This document shows, in pieces, positions 42,231-55,678 of a stretch of DNA of 64,000 nucleotides. Made by a program: the position numbers and the translations under genes. Every line of letters starts with the position of its first letter. Position 1 is the first letter of the stretch. The notes beneath the pieces were generated by a model. The model saw nothing but the letters and a program-made list of their open reading frames with translations. It did no database searches and was not told the origin of the DNA. This DNA comes from Octopus vulgaris (lineage: Eukaryota), in NCBI GenBank assembly GCA_951406725.2, contig OX597821.1:9300001-9364000 (forward strand). Reading direction: 5' to 3'.

Positions 42231-44311
42231 AAAAGTATTGTTATGTATTGAGTTAGATCAGAGAAAGTAAAAACCTATTTTATTTTGTGGAATATAAGCA
42301 AATTTACAACTTTATTCTATGTCAGCATTTAGAAAACAGTCTGTAGAGAGTATTTACAAATAAAACAAACGACGGAGTGCATGGTAATTTTCACAGCTTT
42401 GCGTGATAATTAACATTGGAATTCAGGGGACAGAGTTCAATGACAGTTATACAATCAGAACTTGAGAAAATTGAGTGGTAAGAAAAGCGATGTTTATTAA
42501 TTTAGCAATATTGCTTTACCTTTGGATTTTGTTGCAGCATTCTCATTTACGTTAGCCAACCAATACCATCCCATATAAAACCAACTCAGAATGATAAACA
42601 ATGTAAACACAGTGAACCTGTTTCAAAATATATATCATTATTATTTCATATAGATATGGCAGATATGGAATATTAAAGAAGATAATATAAAAGATGCGGT
42701 GAGTGTTAAATTTGAATGACACGTAATGGATTTCACTAGAAGTAAATGCTTTACTAAGAATGGCTTATTCATGCAACATGATAATGCAAGTCCACATTCC
42801 CTGAAGGAAAACATTTTATACAATATCACATACTGAAACGAAATCATTCTTCACATACTCCGCTTATATTCATATGATTGCTCATTCTAAACCAAGCGGC
42901 CTAGAATGGACTAAAAGAACAGCAGGAATCAATGACGAGGTCACATGTATGACGAAAGATCTCCAGAACAAGGATATAAAATAGGGACAATAAAATAACT
43001 AAATCTGAAGTGAAGAACGAATATGTAGATACCTGTGTTTATTTTGCAAAAAATGAACATCCATAAAGAAATGAATATTGGTATTCATCTTTCAGATTAT
43101 CCTGTATACATATATATGTCAATGTGTATTGTGTATGTGTACAAGTCTCTGTGTTTGTGGGGGTTGGGTGGCGTGTGCGTACTTGCGAATATCTGTGTGT
43201 GTATTAGGAGTTTAAAAGTAAGGTTGCATTTCATGTAATGAGTACAGATCAGCTGAATTTCTAACCTGCATATATTCATCCATTGAAAATATGATCGCTA
43301 TCGTTAACAACAAATTTTTTCCAAATTAAAACTAGTTTTCCGATTGTATGGGCAGAAAAATCAAGTTCTGTAGAAGAGAACATTATTTCAACTCTCGTGT
43401 TGATATCGTCGTCTGTGCTAGTGAGAGCTTTTCCACACGAAACACGTTCGAGTAATCTGATTAAGTGAGAAAACGTAGTCAATCCCAACCATAACCTTAC
43501 TAAGCAGAGGTTCCCGCCGACTGAAAATCCAGTTTTAACAACCAGGTCAGATCGCACACAAAACGTTTTCTGTGCGTTAGGTGGAACACAATACATATAA
43601 CTCGCAGTCAATTATTGGAGACGAGAGAAAAAACTTCAGTGCAGCCATTCATTGCCCATAACTTGAACGTATCGATCATATTTTATTCTAAATACAACCA
43701 CCTCTAGCTAATAGAAAAGAGAATTACGCTACATGACTATTCAAGGCTGCATTCAACGAAGAAAACCCCCAAAATGATAAAGTGAATGATCCTGGAATAT
43801 CCACGTCAATATCCCCACACACCAAATCTAGCAACCTCAAATTATGCCTCATTTGGGTCACCTGATCTCTTTGCCAGTAAAAATCACTTTAAAACAGGCA
43901 TACTTTTCACCGCTAACCTACTTAATAATTCATTCTCTAATTTGGGTGGGAGCTGAAGAAAAAGAACACAAATGCAGAATTGTTAAAATGATAATGCTAA
44001 AGATGGGGATTTTATTTTGAATGAATGTATATATATATATATGATTTATTCTAATTTGAATTCTTTGCATGAAATGTGATATTACTTTCTTGTACACTTC
44101 TTAATAAGCACGCACACATGTACGTGCACCCACCTGCACACGCACATGTACGGGCGCCCGCCTGCACACAAGCGCACGCACGCACGCGGACTCACTTTCA
44201 CGCGTATATATGTGTGGGTGTATATATATATATATATTTATATACACACATACACACAAAAACAGACACACACACACATCCATCCATCCATCTATACACA
44301 CATACATATAT

Positions 44312-46189
44312 AATTCAGCAAAAACAATTCAGATTCAAAAGAATTCAAATGAATTCAAATGAATATGGTACTTAACTTAGATGCACCAAGATTCTTTATG
44401 GTATTAACCATAAAAATATGCGGGGTGATTATAACCAAGAAAAAAGCAATAAGAAGGGATCGGTAGATTAGTACAATTGTTTTATACTAAAAACATTTAA
44501 TTTCAAGCTGCAAATATTACAGCCAATATAATGTCAAGTATTCATCAGCTAAATCACATATGTTTTCCATATATTCTTAGAGAGTGTAATTATCCTTATG
44601 AAGTTATAGGAGTGAGTTCCAGGAATCTGAAGTAAGATTCCAAGCAGACTATATATGTTTTCCAACAATAAAAAGTTTTTAAAATGATTATTGACATGCC
44701 AGATAAGATAAATCTACTCATAAAAATGTGGGTATAAGTTCCAAGAGGCATGAGGAAAGATGCTGGTCATACCACGGTTAAGTTCGCATCTAACTGTTGT
44801 AGACAAAATTCTATAGTAGAAGCAAATAAGACAGCGGGGTAGGTTTGGCTAAAGCAAAGGACATCAGGAGAAAAGAAATGGGGGTGTAAGAAGGAATAAA
44901 GATACCAACGACAAAGGTCAGTCTATATCCGTGGCAACAGAAAATCTAGGTCAGTGTAGAAGGAATCTTAAATTCATAAAAGAACTGTAAGTTTGACCAA
45001 CACTAGCTTTGAACTAAGAAACTCATAGAATTAAAGGTGGGAGGAAGAATAAAGGAAAGCACTAAAGAGGTTATAGGTTGTCGGTAGAGGGAGATACTGT
45101 AAGAAAATTAAGGTTAACACTAGAATAGAAGGTTATTTATTTATTATTGTTTTTCTTTTAACTTATGTTTAATATGGTAAGAAGGAATTTAGGTCAACAT
45201 CTAGAGGTCAAACAAATTCAATAGCACAAGGTAGGGGAATCTTATTCAAAATGCATGGTGAAAATCAAATGTATCACTAAGGGAATAGTATTACATTTTA
45301 AATTTAGAATAGAATTAGGACAGATTAGCAGTTTATATGATTTAAGTAAGGTTAATTAAATTGACTTTAAAGTCAATTAAAAATTAGCATAATACAAATA
45401 CTATTTATTTATTTATTTTAAAAGATGCAGTTGGAAAGAAAAAAGAGTAGGAGAACTCGCAAATATCTATTTGAAATATTCTAAAGTTTTGATTATTGAG
45501 TGAATGCAGGACTGACCCAACTATATACGGTTATTCAGTAGATTTTTATTTTTTCTATGCTTTAGAATCTCATATGTCTGCATGGAACAGAGTTGAAAAC
45601 CCACCCTATTATTTCTATAAGGTACTGCCTTTCTAACTATTTCCCATTTTAGGTCATATTTAATATTATTAGATTTGAGTTCCCAAATTTTAGTGGCAAG
45701 TGTGGTGCAACCAGCTTTATGATCTAGCCTAAAAGATGAGATATGATTATTAATTCTCTGTTTAAAATTTATAGTACAACCCAAGTAAAAAAAATTACTA
45801 TTCGAAGTTGTTACAGTACATTTATAGATTACATTATGGACCGAACACCGACCAGATGCCGGACATTTTGACTTAATCCTACAATTGCCACTAGGGGGAT
45901 AATTTTCAGATTTAGAATTATTTAAGGATATATCTATCACGTTGCTGCTATTCAGGTTATTACGAGTATTATTTTCGTTATTATAGGTAATATTATGGAA
46001 CTCACTCCTATAACTTCATAAGGATATTTACACTCTCTAAGAATATATGGAAAACCTATATGTGATTTAGCTGATGAATACTTGACGTTATATTTGCTGT
46101 AATATTTGCAGCTTAGAATTAAATGTTTTTAGTATGAAACAATTGTACTAATCTACCGATCCATTCTTGTTGCTTTTTTCTTGGTTATA
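44312..46189 (-). mobile_element. 5'-truncated Penelope-like element with an inverted terminal-repeat copy at its 5' end
   Basis: GIY-YIG ORF 45521-45940 (NCRIKSKCPASGRC..NVIYKC..YLGCT..KQRINNHISSF..IWELK..LKWEI..LLNNR); ~190-bp inverted repeats at 44430-44621 and 45996-46189. Confidence 0.9.
46067..46151 (+). ncRNA. Type-I hammerhead ribozyme motif in the PLE terminal repeat
   Basis: ttag CTGATGA atact...agtat GAAAC aatt GTA ctaa: intact core and palindromic stem III ACAATTGT. The partner copy at ~44470-44550 has GAAAC>AAAAC. Confidence 0.75.
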
Positions 46190-46286
46190 TATATATGTAT
46201 ATATATATACCAAGAGTAAGCACATACCTGCGAAACAAGGTGGAAAAAATAGTACTGGAATACCGGATGTAGAGTAATCGGCTTTC

Positions 46287-46463
46287 TTAATAAAGCTGCA
46301 AAGACATCACAAAAACTGTTACTCGGTGTTTCACTTTCTCGTCTGCCGAACAGTTTCGGTTTACAATCTAAATTGTAAACCAGATTCTAAACCAAAAGTG
46401 TCCGCCGAAGTACGGAAATGTAAAATTCTTAGTAGCAGTTTTGTGATGTCTTTGCATCTTTAT

Positions 46464-46467
<4 letters not shown>
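46287..46467. repeat. Older imperfect fold-back palindrome with decayed hammerhead remnants, next to (TA)n
   Basis: TTAATAAAG.TGCAAAGACATCACAAAA(A)CTG pairs with CAGTTTTGTGATGTCTTTGCA.CTTTATTAA; minus strand aactgt...GAAAC accga GTA acagtt. Confidence 0.7.
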
Positions 46468-46500
<33 letters not shown>

Positions 46501-46511
<11 letters not shown>

Positions 46512-47235
46512 TAAGGGTAGAAATTGATATTTATCAATTAAAACCAGTGGTCTGGCATATTAAAAAAGAATCCGAAGATTATAATATTTATATATACCAA
46601 TTAAGGACTGAACACGAAAACTGGACAGTCAAATCGCCATTCTCCACAAAAGATTATGTTCTCAAATCAAACTCAGCACAAAACCAAAGCAATTAACAAG
46701 TGAAAATATACGAAATAAAATAATTACCCACGTACTGATCAGTTTCGGCTATTATTATCCGCAAGGATAACTGTAGCATTCATCAGCATGTCCCGTTATA
46801 AATGCAATTTGCTGGACTAGATGCAAAAACGATACCGGAGTTCAACCTATTACATTCGAATGTATCTTTCAAATGCCTTTACTTTGACGCGTTGAGACCC
46901 GAAAAAACCAGCCTGCAGCTAATAATTAGCAGCAGTCAATTTATCGGTTAGAGAACATATTTATTTATATAAAATTAATTAAGGGTAGAAATTGATATTT
47001 ATCAATTAAAACCAGTGGTCTACCATATTATAAAAGAATCCGAAGATTGAAATATTTATATATGCCAATTAAGGACTGAACACGAAAAGTGGACAGTCAA
47101 CATGCTAGATATAGACGTCAAATCGCCATTCTCCAGAAAAGATTATGTTCTCAAATCAAACTCAGCACAAAACCAAAGTCCTTATCTAGCATGTTGACTG
47201 TTCCCTTTTCGTGTTCAGTCCTTACTTGGTATATA

Positions 47236-47240
<5 letters not shown>
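46501..47240 (-). mobile_element. ORF-less partial tandem element (468-bp period) with a hammerhead motif and an inverted end, flanked by (TA)n
   Basis: Direct repeats start at 46503 and 46971; hammerhead on minus at 46729-46790; 47184-47235 is the reverse complement of ~47060-47112. Confidence 0.8.
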
Positions 47241-47281
<41 letters not shown>

Positions 47282-48837
47282 CTGTTTTGAGTATAATACT
47301 ATCTATTATATACACAAACCAGTTTTGCCACTAACACCTTTGATGAGCGACGTCGCTAAATTTGGTGGCATCTTTAAAATAGATATATCTTTTAAACAAT
47401 CTGTACTTTACAACGTCATTCTACTGTACACCCTAAAGTTTGACCTACTGTATTGACATTCACTTTACATTCCTTAAATACTGGTAATACCGATTAGAAA
47501 TTTCACTTGTTGATCATATTTTAATATATCGAACCCTCAAAATATTTATTAAACCTGATGAGATGTAGTTTGTGTAACACATTACATAATGTTAGGTATG
47601 CTGCGCATACTGCATATCATACGCCAACATGTATGTCACGATACTACTCTTAATGAAATAATTATAGCAGTAACAAATAACTGATTCGTCTGTTTTCATT
47701 AAATTCTTACGTTATGGTGCTAGCATCTCAATCAGTGCGATGAAGAAAGTAAATATGACTATTTCTTCGAAAATATACCAGAGTGAACACGTATTATATG
47801 CAATTTCCATTTCATAAACCATGAAATGTTTATCATAAAACATTATCTTATGAATATAAATATTGCATTTCTAAATCTCTCAAAGAGATTTATATAATAG
47901 TAGCACGATAAAGTGATATTATGATGCCAACTTAATGTGGCATTCCCATGAAAGGGAAGAATGCTACTGATATTTAGCCCTATTAAACACCGTTTCCAGT
48001 CGGCCTCAAACGCGAATAAGTATCGACAGCTAGCACGCCATGCTCCTCTAGACTGATGATGAGCAATTACTCTAAAACTAGTCTTTGGATGGTAGCTTTG
48101 CTGGGTGGTGGTTCTCATCTCCCTCTTTAAAAACGTAAGTGCTCAGAAAATGTGTTACGCCATACTGGACACGCTGTTTCCTAGGGCTAAATAGCAGTAG
48201 CATTCTTCCCTGTTACAACCACATTAAGTTGCCAACATAACAACACATTATGTTATGAACTCTCGATAATTTATGACATGAGGCACCTGCTTAGTATCAT
48301 GTAACGTCGCATAAATCTATATATCCATGCTATAAAGTATTCCAAATGCATCCTTCTTTCCCGTATGATGCCTTATGACTATTATGTACTCACACACACG
48401 CGGTGCGCGTACACATGAATGCACACATATGCACTCACAAACAATTTCACATTTTTCCGAAAAGTAAATATTATACTCACCAAAAGCGGTAACTATCGTA
48501 GACATTTTCCCACCTATATATAAAATATAATAAATTCCAACATTAATAATATTTTTTTATTGTTATGCGTTTTAGTGTATTCTAACTTATTTGTACACAA
48601 TAATTTTAATTTTGTACAATAAAAAGCCATGAAATTATTGTATCTTGTATTTAATATACTTTATATAGACACGCTTTACGTATCCTATAAGTGAAAACAG
48701 CAGATACCATTAACATGAAAATGTGACCTGATAGAGGAAAATCGGACTTCAGATTTGTAATCAGCATCAAACATTAACCCAGAAAAAGTCAATCAGCAAC
48801 TCTGATGATTAAAAAAAGTTTCGTTTTGTTGACCAGT

Positions 48838-48900
<63 letters not shown>

Positions 48901-48901
48901 T

Positions 48902-49133
48902 TAAGTGCAAAAAATCGTATTATCTGGAACGGCTCATGTACTGAGAAGAGCATTATCGCTGTGAAAACAACATCCATCCATGATTTTATTTATTTATTAA
49001 TTTTTAAATACATATTTTATCTGTGAATTTGCGTGTGTAATCTGGGAATGCATACAATGAGCTTCTCTGCCCTAGGCGTATGGAAAACACTCGGCGAGAA
49101 ACGGAAGAAAATTTGAAGAAAGAAGGAAAAAAC

Positions 49134-49136
<3 letters not shown>
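48902..49136 (+). mobile_element. Short 3' end of another R4/Dong-like family
   Basis: VQKIVLSGTAHVLRRALSL* plus a 3' UTR with GCCCTAGG..ACACTCGGC; (TAA)n on both sides. Confidence 0.8.
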
Positions 49137-49197
<61 letters not shown>

Positions 49198-50492
49198 GCT
49201 GCTGATTTGTAATAGGATGCACCAGTCAAAGGCAGACGTAGATCGCCTTTATCTTCCCAGAGCCCAAGGAGGTCGAGGCCTGATCCAATTTGAACTAGCT
49301 TACAAAACAACCACAATTGAACTGGCCAAATATCTCGAAATATCGAATGACTGGATGCTAAAGCTCGTGGAAAATCACGAGAGACGAAAGAAGCTTCATT
49401 CTATCATCAAGGAAAGCAAAAGATTTGCTATTGATCTCGTGCAGGATACCCAAACTGAACAACCCGAGGGAAGTACGGCAACTATTGTTGCAAAGAAGGT
49501 GAAAATAATGGCAACGAAAAAAGCGCACGAGCAATTGGCTGATAGGTGGGAGGAGAAACCTCTGCACGGCAAATATGTGACCCGTAGCAAACAAGCTGAT
49601 GTTGACCAGAAGCAAACCCATCAGTGGCTACGGAGCTCGGGGCTAAAAGCAGAGATCGAAGGTTTCATCCTGGCTGCTCAAGATCAAAGCCTATTAACTC
49701 GGAATTACCAGGCCAATGTAATGAAAAATGGAGCAGACCCAAAATGCCGATTCTGCAATGACATGATTGAAACAGTGGACCACCTAATCTCTGGATGTAA
49801 AGTCTTAGCACCAGTGGAGTATAAATTAAGACATGACAGAGTTGGCCAATATCTACACTGGCTAATAAGTCGGCATTACAATATCAAAACTGCCGACAAG
49901 TGGTATAATCACCACCCTGAAGCTGTAACTGAAGGAGAAAATGTAACGATTCTGTGGGACTTTCCAGTACATACAGACCGAACCATCAAAGCCAATAAAC
50001 CAGATATTGTTGTGAAAGACAAAAACAATAAAGTTTGCTTATTGATCGACATGAGCATCCCCTGTGATCATAATATCTCGGCGAAAGAGTTTGACAAGCT
50101 CAGAAAATATAAAGACCTGCTCATTGAAATTGAGAAAATGTGGCATCTCAAGGCGGTTACAATACCAGTAATCGTAGGAGCACTAGTAATGATCAAGAAG
50201 GGAACCAAAAATTATATGAGAATGATCCCTGGGTTTACCATCCCTGCAAGAAGTGCAAAAGATTGTCTTAACTGGTACATCACACGTATTGAGAAGAGCA
50301 TTGTCGCTGTGAGAACTGTTACTGCCCATGTATTTTAATTTAACCTTAAAAAAAATTAAAAGATGAACGAACTATTGAGTTTGGTTTAATGGCCTACCAA
50401 TGTATACTATGAGTTTCTTTGCCCTAGGAGTCGGGAAGACACTCGGCAAGAAATGGAAGCAAATTTGAAAGAAGAAGAAAAAAATAATAATA
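49198..50492 (+). mobile_element. 5'-truncated R4/Dong-like element (post-RT region, CCHC, RLE)
   Basis: ORF 49217-50338: RLYLPRAQGGRGL, CRFCNDMIETVDHLISGC, KPDIVV..IDMSIP; flanked by (TAA)n. Confidence 0.92.
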
Positions 50493-50639
50493 AGCGGCTG
50501 GACATGTTCTTCGCTGCACGGACCTGTGAGCAGATGAAGACACCGAAACACTAATACAACTCACCAGGACAACTGAAAAATAACTCTCAAAGACTGGAAT
50601 ATATACACTTTCCTGTATTTTGAATGTCCGTCAGCATAT

Positions 50640-51770
50640 GTTAAGAAATTTATATATCTACAGCTTTCCAACACAAAAGCAATCAGCTTTAAAACCTTTA
50701 ATATCTATAACTTCTGGTAATACCTATCCTTTCCTTTCTCCCTGAGTATTCGAAAATGTAAACATCCTCTTTATTCCAAAAACATTACACTTTTCTCTGT
50801 TCGGACAGACAAAATATCATCTCCAGCAAATTTTAAAACCTAAATATCTACAATTGACTGTGAAAATTTTTCTTCCTTTTCTTTCCTTTCCCTTCTCCCT
50901 GAGTATTCGAAAATGTAAACATCCTTTTTATTGTAAAACCATTGCACTCTTCTACGAACGGGCATACAAACAAACATCTCAAAAAAATTTAGAACCTTTA
51001 ATATCTCAAATTTTTGGTGAACATTTTAATTTTCCTTTTCCTTTAACTACCCGTATATGTAAACATGCCTTTTATTGTAACAACGTAATTAAATGCACGA
51101 TAAAAAAAAAGAGGTAAGTACTTGCCAATATATACATTCTGCACAACTACAAAAGCTGTAAACTACAGCAAAACATGTAAAAGAAAAGTTCCGAAACAAA
51201 AATATAAAGAAATTCAGAAATTCAAAAATTCAAAAATTCAAAATCTCTGTCTCCTACCATTTACAAATCTACAATTTACTTTGGATATTTTAAATCTCCC
51301 TCAAAATAAGTTAGGAAACTTACATGCCTACAGTTTTCGAACACACAAACGATCAGCTTTAAAAAAAACTTTAATATCTGTAATATTTACAACTTCTGTA
51401 AATACCTCTCCTTTCCTTTCTCCCTGAGTATTTGAAAATGAAAACATCCTGCTTTTTATCCTAAGAACACTACAATTGCTCTCTGTACGGTCATACAAAA
51501 GACGATATTTAGCAAATCTTAAAAGTTTACATTCTACCAATTTCTGTGATAATATTACCCTCGTTTTCTTGCCTTTTTACCGCTCCCTGGGTATTCGAAA
51601 ATTTAAACATCCTTTTCGTTGCAAAAATACTACTGTATTCTCCAAAGGGACAGTGAAATGAACATCTCAAGAAAACTTTAAAAACTTGAATATATATTAA
51701 ATTTTATATGGGACTTATCCCTGACTTCCCAAATGTGTAAACATAACTTTTATGGCAACAACATAATTGA
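50640..51770. repeat. Diverged minisatellite, ~160-bp unit arranged as two ~3-unit blocks about 680 bp apart
   Basis: Recurrent CTCCCTGAGTATTCGAAAATGTAAACATCC at ~50738, 50896, 51420 and 51584, with weaker copies at ~51045 and ~51725. Confidence 0.8.
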
Positions 51771-52469
51771 ATTCAGAAATTCAAAAAATTCAACGACGTG
51801 AATATCAGCATGTGTGTGTATACATATATATATATATATGTATATATGTATGCATTATGTATTATCATTATTGTTTTTCTACCAGTAATTACAAACAGAA
51901 CATGTTGAATTGCTTCTTTTCAAGGTTAAGGGCACCGCTCTCAGCGATCGCTGGTCGTAGTAATCACATTTGACCGTTGCTGACTGAAAGGGTACGAAAA
52001 TTCATTTTGCCTCTATAGCTGACCTCCCCTCAATCTGCCGAATCTATTTATAGACCTGTAGAATTTGATCTATTCTCCAAGTTTCTACTCTGCCCCAAAA
52101 TATTACATTCAACAACCACATATTTATGATTATCTCAAGTACAAGACAAAAGTTGGAAATAAAGAACATTTGATAAAATCTTTTAATAATAAATGGAAAT
52201 AGCAATAATGATAACAATAATAGTGTTGGTGATGGTGATAATGATAATAATAAAAATACTGATAATATGCTGCACCTGCTAATACTACAATAACTACAAT
52301 TCTGATATCACAGGAATCTGATGCCCAACTACCAATACTACCTCTATCACTACCCATACTACTGTTGCTGTTGCTGCCACCACCGCTGCTACTACACATT
52401 GATACAATTGCAACAATATAGGCAGCAATTGACATCGGCGATAGAAGACTGAAGAAGAGCCTGTTCACC

Positions 52470-53950
52470 GAAGAAGTTTACAAGTGAGCAGTGGACTTTC
52501 TGGGAAGTCGTTCTGCATGACAGAACATAGCCGAGGAAGGCCAGATCAAATAGTATATTTTTCCATGCGGCTGACGATGACAGATAAACAAAAGGCAATG
52601 TACGGCATAATAAAGGCAAGACTACAGGAGAACGATAGCGACATTATTTGCAACCTTAAAAAGGTTGAACGGTGCAAATTGAACCAAGAAACCAAAAATG
52701 TCAATAAAATTCTGAAATACATCAGAACAAACAACATCACCGAAACAAGGCAGCAAGTATCGTTCTACCAGAAACGTGGCTGTTAATGTCAAGAAAAAGA
52801 AACATAATGGCAGTGACAAACGAAAGGATCCATTGTGGATTAGATATGCTCTCGAAGGAAATTTCTGTGTTAGACCAAACAGAGAAAGGGGAACTTAAAA
52901 GCGAAGAAAAATGTAGGGCGCTGATAACGAAGTATAGTATTGAAAGAAAGGGCCTGAAAATAGTAATGGCGGAACTGAAACAGCGCCTCGTTACAAAGAA
53001 AGCAACGATGGTAAGATACGACCAAAGAGTTAAGTGTTACCCCACGAATAGGTTATTCAGAGTAGATCAGAAGAGATTCTATAAAGAAAGAAATGGAGAG
53101 TGTACAGATGAAAAGTTGATATGAGATAATAATGAAAGTCAAAGGTTTTGGAGGGACATCTGAAATAAAGTCACGGAGCAATAGAAGGATGCCAAATGGT
53201 TGCAAGAACTGAAACGGCCAGCAATGTGTCCAAAACAGGCAGAGCTAGTCATTTCAGTCAGGGATGTGAAGGAAATCAGCAAAAAATGAGCAACTGGAAG
53301 GCCCCGGGACCAGATGGAGTTCAAGGCTACTGGATGAAAAGATTTTGTGAATGTTATGCACGAATAGGTGCGCAACTCAACACCTTGTTAAATGTCGACG
53401 AAGTAACACCAGAGAGGTTGACATTGGGTAGGACAGTGCCGTGCTTGAAAAACATCGAAAAAGGTAATACGGTAGACAATTACAGGCCGATATCCTGTTT
53501 GCCACTTACGTGGAAATTATTGACTAGAATACTTGTAGTGTCAATGTACGAACATTTGAAAAACAAATGTGATCCTGCCACATGAGAAAAAGGGCTGCAA
53601 GCGTAAGTGAAGATGTGCCAAGGGCCACCTCCTAATAGTCAAAACTGTACTTAGCGACGGCAAGAGGAGGAAAACTATCTTAGCCATGTCATGGATCAAC
53701 TACCGTAAGGCGTACGATATGATCCCACACTCTTGGATAATGGTACGTATCAACCTATGTGGCATTGCATCATCGAATGTTGAGCAAGTGTTTGAAAAAT
53801 GTATGGCGAATTGGAGGACGGGACTGACAGCTACGGAAGAAATTTAGGGACAGTAGAAATCAGGAGGGGCATCTTCCACGGGGACTGCTTGTCCCCACTG
53901 ATCTTTGTACTATGCTTGATACCACTGACACTGATTCTAAGGAAAGCAAA
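52470..53950 (+). pseudogene. Degenerate R4/Dong-like RT region
   Basis: NWKAPGPDGVQGYWMK, NYRPISCLP, AWINYRKAYD-like, RRGIFHGDCLSPLIFVLCLIPL. Confidence 0.85.
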
Positions 53951-53954
53951 TATA

Positions 53955-55065
53955 TGTCTGTCACTAGTTTCTTTTTGTATCACCGATAGTGCTTCACTAG
54001 TTGGGACTTTGGTGACCAGGCTTATCACATCTAGGCTCACCATCTGGTTGATATTCGATGGAGGCATCTTTGATCAATTCTGTGAAGTGGGTGGAATCCT
54101 TCACGTACGATCTTGACTTTCCTGCTAATGGACTGATTATATCTATAAGGAAGTGGCTCAGTGGATGACATGCTGAACCTCTACAGCTCACTATATGTCT
54201 TAATGGAATACCATCCGTGTGAATCTTAGGGCGACCATGTTTCTTGTACTTGTCTCACTTTCCATCTTAGTTCATCTCCCTTAGGTTTTGGTATTTTTAT
54301 GGCTATCTCTTCAATAGGGTCTATTATATCCGAGTATGGAATACGCTTGATGGTTGTCGCAAAGTTGAGACCTTTGTTCAGTAATGTTTCTTCAGAGCTT
54401 TCTAGGTGTCGGCTACTTACATTAATTACTGCTTTCACAGGTGGGTGACGGATTTCATCCTCTGACCTTTGAGTTTCATAAACGTCTTAATCTGGCGTGT
54501 CTTCACCATTTCAAATTCTTTCATGTATGACTTTTCCAGATCTTGTTGGATTCTCTTTCTGTCATCATCTCTGGTTATTTTCCTAAGTAATGAAGATAAC
54601 CTCTCTGAATTTGTTATTTAATTAATGTTTTTTCCAATGGTTGTAATGGATCCTCTCAAGGACAAGTGCATGTCCTAACCTTTCGCTACTCTTTTAGCTT
54701 CATTTGAATGGACTGGTGTCAATATATTCAAGCCAAGTGGTATTAGTTTTGAGTCTCTACATCTACATAAGAAAGTTAAATGGTTTGGAAGACGAGCTAG
54801 TTTTTGATGGAGTTTCTCTATATGTCTCCATTGAAGTCTAATATCGGCTCCGTACCGATTATATATTACAGTTCTATATTTAAGAGATGAGGAATTATGT
54901 ACATTATCTACATTAATTACATTGGACAGATATTTGTCCTCATCTTGTTTATTGTTAATACAACGTTTCTGTTGATATACCCTTCTGCCTTCTTCAGGTG
55001 TCTTGGGGAAATTTAGAAGCTGGTTCCTAAGGTATTCCTAAGGTATTTTCGATGTTATTATTATT
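53955..55065 (-). mobile_element. Penelope/Poseidon-like element: terminal repeat with hammerhead motif, then ORF N-terminus and start of RT
   Basis: VINVSSRHLESSEETLLNKGLNFAT, SCRGSACHPLSHFL..SYVKDSTHF, MVSLDVISLVTKVP; upstream CTGAAGA aggc..GAAAC GTT at ~54960-54997. Confidence 0.85.
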
Positions 55066-55089
55066 ATTATTATTATAATTATTATTATT

Positions 55090-55647
55090 GAGTGAGTGAG
55101 AGGGCAGTGCATGCCATCAAAGAGACACTGCTGTAAAATATACGAAGCCCAGTATACCCATCATGACTACCTGTCTGACAAAGGTACACCAGGCACATGC
55201 ATCACAACCATATGTGCGCGACATGGTGATCTCATATCAAGATAAACAGCGCATGACCTTGCAGGTGGTGACCAGTTAGTATATTAATCTGATTGAGTAG
55301 CCCATCCCGATCAAAAGGTCCCTGAATAAAGATTTTTTAAGGATGTTGAACGAACCACCCATGTTTCCAGAGGTGAATTATCCAAACCTCCAAGAATCCC
55401 TCTCAACACATGGCTATGATGCTCCCCCACTACTTCTGCTTGTGATCAGAGATGCACATATCGTCAGCCACTAAGGGACATGCTCAACTGGTTAAGGTCA
55501 AACAACTGACAAGCAAATCTGTGGTATTGAGCAGAATATTTGCTGTAGCCCATCTTTTATACCAAGGTAAAACAATATACATGATAACACTTCCAATCAG
55601 TTAAGATTAGAAGCCATGAGAGCCACTGCCTGGTACTGCATCAGGGC

Positions 55648-55650
<3 letters not shown>
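55090..55650 (-). mobile_element. ~560-bp non-coding element in (TAA)n, copy 1
   Basis: Highly similar to 55679-56235; bounded by (TTA)n on both sides; no ORF, no Pol III boxes recognised. Confidence 0.8.

Positions 55651-55678
<28 letters not shown>

Larger units (their letters stand above)
39950..48120 (-). pseudogene. Second putative decayed LRR/TLR-like pseudogene, fragmented by PLE, Tx1 and SINE insertions
   Basis: In order along the minus strand: ADWKRCLIGLNISSILP (~47970), EMEIAYN, TTFSHLIRL..ELDFSAHTIGKL..SDHIFNG (43276-43611), AIQHNILCCSCFHF (~40900, LRRCT-like), SNNKCKFEAS (~40100, resembling TIR S.WC.FE). Confidence 0.35.
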
